Source of the DNA: Deferribacterales bacterium
GTDB taxonomy: Bacteria > Chrysiogenota > Deferribacteres > Deferribacterales > Geovibrionaceae
DNA length: 64,000 nt
Assembly: GCA_050251945.1 (NCBI GenBank)
Contig: JBFWLW010000002.1
Location: 96,001-160,000, forward strand
Direction: 5' to 3'
The notes beneath the pieces are model-generated. The model saw nothing but the letters and a program-made list of their open reading frames with translations. It made no database searches and was not told the DNA's origin. Below, one piece after another: positions 47,101 through 53,944 of the stretch. Both the position numbers and the translations under genes were made by a program. The first letter of the stretch is position 1. Each line of letters starts with the position of its first letter.

Positions 47101-47384
47101 CCGTGCTGCTGATAGATTTCATCGAACATGCGCTGGCAAACGGCAGAACACTGCGCGAGGCGGTAATAGAATCAGGTGCTATCAGAACGCGTCCCGTTGT
47201 TCTCACAACCGTTGCGGTCATAACAGGCGCACTGTTCATGCTTCCCGACCCGATATTTGCGGGGCTTGGCGTGTCGCTCATAACAGGTGCAGTGGTGTCC
47301 ACAGTGCTGACACTGCTCATAATCCCTCTTATGTATTTCTTCCATAAGAGGTTTTGGGATAAAGAACATAAAGAATCAAACTAA
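44166..47384 (+). CDS. RND efflux permease (AcrB family)
   Basis: PKEEEPQI, GLVVDDAIIVVEN, RTRPVVLT; 1072 aa. Confidence 0.95.
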   Translation: MMEYPEKKNLASKIASAFITSKITPLLVIATLFIGMVSIIMTPKEEEPQIVVPMVDILVPYPGASAKDVEKSVTEPLEDIIWEIPGVEYVYSTSMNDMGMVIVRFKVGQDEEKSITKLKDKIDYNMDRMPHGVEPPLIRKQSIDDVPQMAFTFWSDKYDSYQLRRIVSEVEKNLKEVENVSKTEIIGGYKRMVRIEPNIEKLKSYNLDLFRLFKAVEMSNMSLNTGEITKDNKVLYVSAGGFYKDADAVRNMVVGVAQGKAVYMKDVATVTDGPEIPDHFLLMGFKASKDMERYPAVTLSISKRQGSDSVVVSDAVLHKLDAMKGYIIPSDVNVEVTRNYGETAFVKVMTLIEHLVGAIIAVILVMSITMGWRAGAVVFVALPVTFALTFFVYFMFDYTLNRVTLFALIFVAGLVVDDAIIVVENMERHFRLGAKNLLQKAIYAVGEVGNPTILATLTVIVAIFPMAFVRGLMGPYMKPMPIGASLAMIFSLFVALIITPWLAYKLLAGHAAKSNEAPIEDEAAYVKTTKLYRIYNKTFSALIDSTRNRIILAVMLLSLFFGAFIFIPTNLVVMKMLPFDNKNEVQIVIDMPEGTPLERTNIVASDVGKYLATVDEVKDYQIYTGIASPYNFNGLVRHYFMRRGQNVADIQVNFVDKSERKLDSHEMAKKLRGPVQEIGAKYDANIKIAEVPPGPPVLSTLVAEIYGPDEKTRADISRQVLDVFKSTKGVVDIDTYEEDDMMQYDLQVDKQRAAVMGISSEMVSKTLYMALQGAKVGILHTEEDREPVDIVVKLPEDRRNVIETLQEINIISMSGQPVSLGELVTVRQKLKDKAIYHKNMKPVTYVVADVAGEVESPVYAILAMKEKMSQIKWNGLDVKQYWTGQPDAYDLPSVKWDGEWQITYEVFRDLGLAFAAVLVLMYFVLVGWFRSFVTPLIMMVPIPLSLLGIIPGHFIFGQFFTATSMIGFIALAGIMVRNAVLLIDFIEHALANGRTLREAVIESGAIRTRPVVLTTVAVITGALFMLPDPIFAGLGVSLITGAVVSTVLTLLIIPLMYFFHKRFWDKEHKESN

Positions 47385-47385
47385 T

Positions 47386-47453
47386 GAGACTGCTTCGTCG
47401 TGCTACTCCTCGCAGAGACGTCTTCGCGAGGAGCGTAAGCGACGCGGCGATCT
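47386..47453. repeat. REP-like palindrome pair
   Basis: GAGACTGCTTCGTCG...CCTCGCAGAGAC GTCTTCGCGAGGAG...GCGATCT. Confidence 0.8.
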
Positions 47454-47470
47454 GACTTCGGAGGAACATA

Positions 47471-47665
47471 ATGTCCATTAAAGATATTTTAAGACTTGTA
47501 CCAGGAATATTCATACTGCTCAGCGTTGGGCTGACCGTTGCAACAGACAGCAAATGGTGGCTTCTGCTGGCGGCATTTGTTGGGCTTAACCTGCTCCAGT
47601 CCGCTTTTACTAAGTGGTGCCTTCTGGAAAACATACTGCGCAAAATGGGTATCCGCGAGGTCTGA
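47471..47665 (+). CDS. DUF2892/YgaP-like small membrane protein
   Basis: AFVGLNLLQSAFTKWCLLENILRKMG. Confidence 0.85.
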   Translation: MSIKDILRLVPGIFILLSVGLTVATDSKWWLLLAAFVGLNLLQSAFTKWCLLENILRKMGIREV

Positions 47666-47671
47666 CAAAAC

Positions 47672-47896
47672 AGCCCGACAGTTTCTCTGTCGGCTCTGGT
47701 TGTTGACAAACTCAGATTTGATTAAATCAATGAGACTGCTTTAGCTCACGGCAAGCCGCTCGTTCAGCCTGCGGCTAGTGTCGCAAGCTCCTCGCAGAGA
47801 CAGCTTTTTCTTTTCGTCTTTGCGAGCAAAGCGAAGCAATCTCGTATTTATAAGCCTTTGTCATCTGTCTAAGCCCGACAGTTTCTCTGTCAGGCT
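47672..47896. mobile_element. MITE copy C (47696-47871) with ~24 bp duplicated hairpin
   Basis: Direct repeat AGCCCGACAGTTTCTCTGTC(A)GGCT at 47672 and 47872; ends CTGGTTGTTGACAAA / TTTGTCATCTGTCTA. Confidence 0.85.
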
Positions 47897-47923
47897 TGCT
47901 TTTTTTGTGCTATATAATGCTTC

Positions 47924-48955
47924 ATGAGCATCATCAAACTTGAGATAAACTACAAAAACCTTCTGATAGCTGCCGTAGGCGTCGGTGTGATAGTTCTTAT
48001 TTTCAAACTTCAGACCATCATAACCGTTTTCGCAATATCCTTCTTCATTGCGTACATGTTCGACCCTCTTGTGGACATTTTCGAGGCGAGAAAGATACCG
48101 AGATATCTCACCATTCTGGTCATGATGGCACTGGCGGCGGCGCTCATTGCTCTCTTTATGGCATGGCTGATTCCGGTTGCCGCATCGGAGATTCAATATC
48201 TTGCAAACAACTCGCAGAATTATATAAACGCGGCGTTCGGATTCATACAGCATTCCGCCGCAACTCTCAACATCCAGCTCGACGTTGAGGCAGTTAAAGA
48301 ACATCTGGCCTCCCGCAGTACGGACTATATACGCGAAATTTTCTCAAGCATGTCTTCCATAATGTCATCATTCACCAAGGTCACTGGCGTAATACTGAAC
48401 ATAGCTCTGATACCTATCCTCGTTTTCTATTTTTTAAAAGATTTTGACAAGATTCTGGCTCGTGCGCTGGAATTTCTGAGTTATAAATTCAAAATGGATT
48501 TCAAAGGCTACTATACAGAATTCGACGGCATCCTCTCCAAATATTTCAGGGGACAGATAATCGTTGCAATGATACTCGGCGTGCTTTATACGGCGGTTCT
48601 CCTGATATCCGGCGTTAAACCCGCGGTCATTGTCGGAGCCGTTTCCGGCATACTCAGTGTTGTCCCGTATCTTGGCTTTATAGTGGGTTTCGCCACCTCC
48701 GTTATTCTCGCCGCTCTTCAATACAGCGACATGCTCCACCCGCTGATGGTTATCATCGGTTTTTCAATCGTACAATTTCTTGAAGGCAACTTCATAACAC
48801 CCCGCATCATAGGAGGCTCGCTGGGTCTGCATCCCACTGCCGTTATCTTTGCGCTTATGGCAGGCGGCGCGTTATTCGGAATAGGCGGAATGATCATCGC
48901 CCTTCCTGTGGCGGCTTTCATTCGCGTTCTTATAAGCGAGCGTTCCGCAGACTAA
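47924..48955 (+). CDS. AI-2E (PerM/UPF0118) family transporter
   Basis: AYMFDPLVD, YFRGQ, VPYLG, QFLEGNFITPRIIG, LHP. Confidence 0.92.
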   Translation: MSIIKLEINYKNLLIAAVGVGVIVLIFKLQTIITVFAISFFIAYMFDPLVDIFEARKIPRYLTILVMMALAAALIALFMAWLIPVAASEIQYLANNSQNYINAAFGFIQHSAATLNIQLDVEAVKEHLASRSTDYIREIFSSMSSIMSSFTKVTGVILNIALIPILVFYFLKDFDKILARALEFLSYKFKMDFKGYYTEFDGILSKYFRGQIIVAMILGVLYTAVLLISGVKPAVIVGAVSGILSVVPYLGFIVGFATSVILAALQYSDMLHPLMVIIGFSIVQFLEGNFITPRIIGGSLGLHPTAVIFALMAGGALFGIGGMIIALPVAAFIRVLISERSAD

Positions 48956-48993
48956 AACATCTGACTTAATTTTGACTTTTTCTCTTGCAAATG

Positions 48994-49017
48994 CGTTATG
49001 TTCCGTGTTACATAACG
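48994..49017. promoter_or_regulatory. ModE (Mo-box) operator
   Basis: CGTTAT-N12-ATAACG palindrome immediately before modE. Confidence 0.85.
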
Positions 49018-49020
49018 CCT

Positions 49021-49713
49021 ATGAAAATAGACGGTAAACTTTGGATAGATATCAACGGAAACGGGATCGCAGGACACGGCAGAATCAAACTGCTGGAACT
49101 GGTGCAGGCGACTGGTTCCATCAAAAAAGCGGCGGAAAGCATCAGAATGAGCTACAAGGCCGCATGGGACAGCATAAACCTGCTTAACGAGATGTACGGT
49201 ACGCCGCTTGTGGAGAGGCAGACCGGAGGCAAAGGGGGCGGAGGAACAACCCTTACCAAATCCGGACTGGAACTTATAAAAACCTACAACCACCTCAGCC
49301 GGCTGCACATGATGTATCTCGGAACACTCACGGAATCAAACAAGCTTGGCGGCGTTATCAAATCAATCGCCGACACCTATGCCCTTGTTGAAACCGACAA
49401 CGGCGACACCATCGCCGGAACAATGCTCGATCCGGATCTTAAACCGGGCGAAACAGTATCCATTTTCATTAACCCCAAGGACATCATTCTGGTGGACAGC
49501 GACAAGCTGAAAACCAGTGCCAGAAACATTCTTAAAACCGAAACCGAAAAGATTTTACCGGAAAAAGACATGACGGAAGTCATTTTGAAGACGGCATCCG
49601 GTACTGTACTGAAACTCAGTATAACTACGGCAAGCTCCGAAAAACTCGGGATCAAGCCCGGGATGGAGATTTTTGCACTTTTCAAAACTGCTTCCGCTTT
49701 AATAATGAGGTGA
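49021..49713 (+). CDS. modE: Molybdate-responsive regulator ModE
   Basis: GSIKKAAESIRMSYKAAWD, GGKGGGGT, TOBE domain SARN. Confidence 0.93.
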   Translation: MKIDGKLWIDINGNGIAGHGRIKLLELVQATGSIKKAAESIRMSYKAAWDSINLLNEMYGTPLVERQTGGKGGGGTTLTKSGLELIKTYNHLSRLHMMYLGTLTESNKLGGVIKSIADTYALVETDNGDTIAGTMLDPDLKPGETVSIFINPKDIILVDSDKLKTSARNILKTETEKILPEKDMTEVILKTASGTVLKLSITTASSEKLGIKPGMEIFALFKTASALIMR

Positions 49714-49717
49714 AAAT

Positions 49718-50449
49718 ATGAAAAAGCTCCTGATTCTTGTTCTTGCGCTGGCGCTTTCAGCAACCGCCTTCGCCAAAGAACTCAACATCTCCGCTGCGGC
49801 CAACCTTCAGTTCGCGCTGGAAGAAGTCGGCAAAGCATACACAGCTGAAACCGGTACTCAGGTTAAAGCCGTTTACGGTGCATCAGGCAAACTTGTCGCA
49901 CAGATACTCAACGGTGCAAAATTCGACATCTTCCTCGCCGCCGACATGGGCTTCGCTCAGAAAGCATACGAAGCGGGTCTTACAACAGACAAACCCGTTA
50001 TGTACGCAGAGGGTCTTCTTGTTCTCTGGTCTAAAAAGTACGATATCAAAACCATCGCTGACCTTAAAGACGCTAAATATCAGAAGATCGCCATTGCAAA
50101 CCCCAACACTGCACCCTACGGCAGAGCCGCTGTTGAAGCTATGAAAAAATCCGGCGTTTATGATGCTGTCACAGGTAAAATAGTTCAGGGCGAAAGCATC
50201 TCCACTATGGACACTTACATCCAGACAGGCGCGGCAGAAGCTGCTTTTGCTGCTAAATCACACCTTGCAAGCGGCAAAGTGAAAGATGCAGGCGCATGGT
50301 TTGACGTTGACAGAAAACTCTACTCACCCATCGAACAGGGCGGTGTAATACTTAAAGCAGGCGACGTTGCCGAATCTCAGAAATTCATGGATTTCCTGAT
50401 AAAAGGCAAAGGCGCTGATATTATGAAAAAATACGGCTACGCAAAATGA
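49718..50449 (+). CDS. modA: Molybdate ABC transporter periplasmic protein
   Basis: SAAANL, GASGKL, IANPNTAPYGRAA. Confidence 0.95.
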   Translation: MKKLLILVLALALSATAFAKELNISAAANLQFALEEVGKAYTAETGTQVKAVYGASGKLVAQILNGAKFDIFLAADMGFAQKAYEAGLTTDKPVMYAEGLLVLWSKKYDIKTIADLKDAKYQKIAIANPNTAPYGRAAVEAMKKSGVYDAVTGKIVQGESISTMDTYIQTGAAEAAFAAKSHLASGKVKDAGAWFDVDRKLYSPIEQGGVILKAGDVAESQKFMDFLIKGKGADIMKKYGYAK

Positions 50450-50847
50450 ACCAGCTAGAGGCAAAGGTTCTTTATTACCGTACCTCCGGTCAGATAATTC
50501 TCTGCGAACTCGAATCTTTCGGGGCGCAGGTCACGGCGGTCATTCTCGACAGCCCCGGCGAACTTGAATATCTGAAAGAGGGAAACACGCTGAACATACT
50601 GTTCAAAGAGACAGAGGTCATCATCGCCACGGGTGAGATAGGGCAGCTTAGTCTTAACAACAGGTTCCGCGCAAAAATAACGGCGATGGAGAAAGGTGAG
50701 ATATTCACCAGCCTTGCCCTTGACTTCGGCACGGGGATGACATCGGTGATAACCACCAAATCCGTTGAGAGGCTCCGGCTTGCCATCGGAACGGAAGTCA
50801 CTGCCCTTGTGAAAGCTAACGAGATTGCAATAGGCAGGAGAGACTAG
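50446..50847 (+). CDS. TOBE/molbindin domain protein
   Basis: FKETEV, LSLNNR, SVITTKS...LVKANEI. Confidence 0.85.
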   Translation: MNQLEAKVLYYRTSGQIILCELESFGAQVTAVILDSPGELEYLKEGNTLNILFKETEVIIATGEIGQLSLNNRFRAKITAMEKGEIFTSLALDFGTGMTSVITTKSVERLRLAIGTEVTALVKANEIAIGRRD

Positions 50848-51519
50848 ATGCGCGAGCTTCTTTCTCCGCTTATACTTACATTTGAACTGGCGGCTGTGAC
50901 AACCTTTCTTCTGGCTGTCACAGCCATCCCTTTTGCATACTGGCTCGCGTCTGCAAATTTCAGAGGAAAATCCATTGTCGAATCCATAACGGGGCTTCCC
51001 ATTGTTCTGCCCCCTTCGGTTCTCGGTTTTTACCTTCTCGTTTTCATGGGTCCCCACGGACCTTTGGGAAGTATTCTGGCACAGTTTAATATCAGGCTGG
51101 TTTTCACGTTTGAAGGGCTTGTTTTTGCCTCGGTAATATACAGCCTGCCCTTTATGGTGCAGCCTGTTCAGGCTGGGTTTGAATCTTTGCCCGTTTCTCT
51201 TAAAGAAGCGTCGTATACTCTTGGAAAATCAAAGTTCCAGACCTTTTTCCGTGTTGTTCTGCCCAATATCAAACCATCGCTGATAACAGGCATCGTTCTG
51301 AGTTTCGCACATACAGTGGGCGAATTCGGCGTTGTCCTCATGATAGGCGGCAGTATACCGGATCAGACAAGAGTTGCTTCAATAGCCATTTATGATCAGG
51401 TGGAGGCAATGAACTACAGCACGGCACACTTCTATTCGGCGGTGCTTTTCGTGCTTGCATTCACTATCCTTGTCACAGTTAATATGATCAACCGAAAGAT
51501 AAACGGAAAAACAATATGA
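50848..51519 (+). CDS. modB: Molybdate ABC transporter permease
   Basis: LPIVLPPSVLGFYLL, FAHTVGEFGVVLMIGG. Confidence 0.95.
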   Translation: MRELLSPLILTFELAAVTTFLLAVTAIPFAYWLASANFRGKSIVESITGLPIVLPPSVLGFYLLVFMGPHGPLGSILAQFNIRLVFTFEGLVFASVIYSLPFMVQPVQAGFESLPVSLKEASYTLGKSKFQTFFRVVLPNIKPSLITGIVLSFAHTVGEFGVVLMIGGSIPDQTRVASIAIYDQVEAMNYSTAHFYSAVLFVLAFTILVTVNMINRKINGKTI

Positions 51520-52379
51520 TTGAAATAGATGTTGTAAAACGTATCAAGACCGCCTCGGGCGAGGTCGATATGCATGTCAAAGTGGATATCGAAAAGGGCG
51601 GCTTCTGTTCCCTGTTCGGAAAATCCGGCGCCGGCAAAACAACCATAATGCGCCTTCTGGCAGGGCTTACGGAACCTGACGACGGCGTCATCATAATCGA
51701 CGGCAAAACATGGTACGATAAAAAAAACAAAATAAACGTTCCCGTAAACAGACGAAAATGCGGATTCGTATTTCAGGACTACGCACTCTTCCCAAACATG
51801 ACAGTGCGCAGGAACATAGAATACGCTTCAGTTAATAAATCCAACGTGGATATGCTCATTGATATGGTGGGTATGCAGGAGCTGAAAGACAGAAAACCGG
51901 CAAACCTTTCAGGCGGTCAGCGCCAAAGGGTTGCGCTTGCAAGGGCGCTTGCGGCGGAGCCGGAGATACTGCTTCTGGACGAACCGTTTGCGGCTCTTGA
52001 TGCAGATATGCGCGATACACTGCAAAACGAACTCAAAATTATACATAACAAGCTTGGGGTTACAACCATCCTCGTCAGTCATGACAAAGGCGAGGTATTC
52101 AAACTGGCAAACAAGGTGTATGCCATGGACGACGGCGTGATTACTAAGATAGGCACACCGGAAGAAGTCTTTACTGACAACACTATAAGCGGAAAATTTA
52201 AATTCACCGGAAGGGTTTTGAAAGTTGAAAGAGCGGACTGCCTTTATGTTTTAACGCTGTCGATAGGAACCGAGGTGGGACATGTTGTCGCAACTCATTC
52301 GGAAGCCCACGATCTGTCGGCGGGCGACAGGGTTCTGGTCTACACCAAGGCGTTCAACCCTTCTGTAAAAAAGATATGA
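51516..52379 (+). CDS. modC: Molybdate ABC transporter ATPase
   Basis: GKSGAGKT, LSGGQRQR, LLLDEP, C-terminal TOBE. Confidence 0.93.
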   Translation: MIEIDVVKRIKTASGEVDMHVKVDIEKGGFCSLFGKSGAGKTTIMRLLAGLTEPDDGVIIIDGKTWYDKKNKINVPVNRRKCGFVFQDYALFPNMTVRRNIEYASVNKSNVDMLIDMVGMQELKDRKPANLSGGQRQRVALARALAAEPEILLLDEPFAALDADMRDTLQNELKIIHNKLGVTTILVSHDKGEVFKLANKVYAMDDGVITKIGTPEEVFTDNTISGKFKFTGRVLKVERADCLYVLTLSIGTEVGHVVATHSEAHDLSAGDRVLVYTKAFNPSVKKI

Positions 52380-52382
52380 AAA

Positions 52383-52655
52383 AGGCACGGTTTCCCGTGC
52401 CTCAGACTGATGACAAAGTCAGTAAAATGCGAGATCGCGTTGTCGCTTTATTCGACAAATAGTTTAAAGTGGACTCATTTCAGCAAGCTCGGTACAGAAA
52501 CATTTGCAAAAATAGGCAAATGTTTTCAGCCTTCGGCTAGTGCTCCTCGCGAAGACAAAACAAGCGTCTCTGCGAGGGTTTTAACCCGAAGCAGTCTAAT
52601 GTGTGTCTGTCTAAATTTAGTTTGTCAACAACCTGAGGCACGGTTTCCCGTGCCT
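52383..52655. mobile_element. MITE copy D (52403-52635) with 20 bp duplicated terminator hairpin
   Basis: Direct repeat AGGCACGGTTTCCCGTGCCT at 52383 and 52636; ends CAGACTGATGACAAA / TTTGTCAACAACCTG; opposite orientation to copy A. Confidence 0.88.
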
Positions 52656-52698
52656 TTTTAGTTTTTATATTGTGTTGTTATGGATAGACTGTAAATAA

Positions 52699-52818
52699 CC
52701 GCTGCTTAGATGCGAGCAGTACAAGGAAGTTTTTCTGAGGCGAGCAAAAGCATACGTTTGTGTATGTGTTGCGAGTGAGGAAAAACTGACGCCGTAATGC
52801 GAAGCATATAAGTAGCGG
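52699..52818. repeat. Long imperfect palindromic element
   Basis: CCGCTGCTTA...TAAGTAGCGG outer stem, AGTTTTTC/GAAAAACT middle stem, GCATAC/GTATGT apex. Confidence 0.6.
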
Positions 52819-52824
52819 AGGCGA

Positions 52825-53034
52825 TTAGTCTACGGCAACTATGATGGAAGAAGCCTTAACAATTGCACAAACGCTTTTACCTTTTGCAAGTGCAAGGTTT
52901 TCGCATGACGCTTTTGTAATGACAGATACAATTTCCTGCCCGCCGGGAAGTTCAATAACAACCTCTGCGTTAATAGCTCCTTCTTTGATCTCTTTTACTT
53001 TTCCCTCAAGTACGTTTCTTGCGCTGAATTTCAT
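52825..53034 (-). CDS. mop: Mop molybdate-binding protein (molbindin)
   Basis: MKFSARNVLEGKV...SVITKASCENLAL...AIVKAS; SD AGGAGG. Confidence 0.92.
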   Translation of the reverse strand: MKFSARNVLEGKVKEIKEGAINAEVVIELPGGQEIVSVITKASCENLALAKGKSVCAIVKASSIIVAVD

Positions 53035-53209
53035 AAAGAACCTCCTGAATCGAATTTGATACCAAAATATAACCCCGCAACCATCCATCGTCAACAAAGT
53101 TTTTTCTTGTTTATCAATAGAATAACGCAAAAAGCGTTATTCTGATAACGCTAAAATGCTGGCATCGAAACATAAAACTTTTAATATGAATAATTGAAAA
53201 ATAACGGGT

Positions 53210-53944
53210 CTATTTTAACGGAAAATTGAAATAAGTATCTTTGAACGGTTCGTTTTGCAGTGTGTAGTGCCACCATTCCTTGCTGTAGTTATAAAAACCC
53301 TGTTTTTCCATGGCGTTTTTAAGAACATATCTGTTCCTGCGCTGTTCTGAGTTTATTTTCTGGCTGTCCGTAGCTGACAATGGGCTGAAACAGTCGAAAC
53401 CTGTTCCCATATCAAGAGAATTATCTCCGAAGCGTTTTCCGGCAGGCTCGTCGCAGCGTCTCAGATTTTTGAACGGCACAAAATTCTCTTTCGGTTTGCT
53501 GTTAAGCGGAATAACGGTCAGATCAACGGTGCTCCCTCTGGAATGTCCCGACCTGTGGGCGATGAATCCGCGCACAAAAAGAGTCTCTTTCGGTTCATCC
53601 GGATAAAATTCGGCTTTTGTTTTTGTGTCCTGCAAGTCTTCTGCCCAGCGGGCGAAATGATCCACTGCCGATTGCGGGCGGTAGCAGTCGTACACCTCAA
53701 GGCTCAGACCTTTTGCAACAAGTTCCGCCTGAACTTTTTTAAGCGCTTCCGCTGCCTGTATCGTAAGCACACATTCCGGTTCCTCATATCCGTCGATGTT
53801 TGCACCGACAAAATTGTGGTATCCGAAATATCTGATGTCATGAGCTATATCCGGGGCGACATCCCGCAGATACACAAAACCGTCAGGCAGAGCAAAGCAT
53901 ACGGATGCGGAGAGAATCAGTAGAGCAGAAAGTATCAGTCTCAT
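53210..53944 (-). CDS. D-Ala-D-Ala dipeptidase (VanX/DdpX, M15) with signal peptide
   Basis: YDCYRP, SGHSRGSTVDLT, DMGTGFD, EWWHY. Confidence 0.92.
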   Translation of the reverse strand: MRLILSALLILSASVCFALPDGFVYLRDVAPDIAHDIRYFGYHNFVGANIDGYEEPECVLTIQAAEALKKVQAELVAKGLSLEVYDCYRPQSAVDHFARWAEDLQDTKTKAEFYPDEPKETLFVRGFIAHRSGHSRGSTVDLTVIPLNSKPKENFVPFKNLRRCDEPAGKRFGDNSLDMGTGFDCFSPLSATDSQKINSEQRRNRYVLKNAMEKQGFYNYSKEWWHYTLQNEPFKDTYFNFPLK

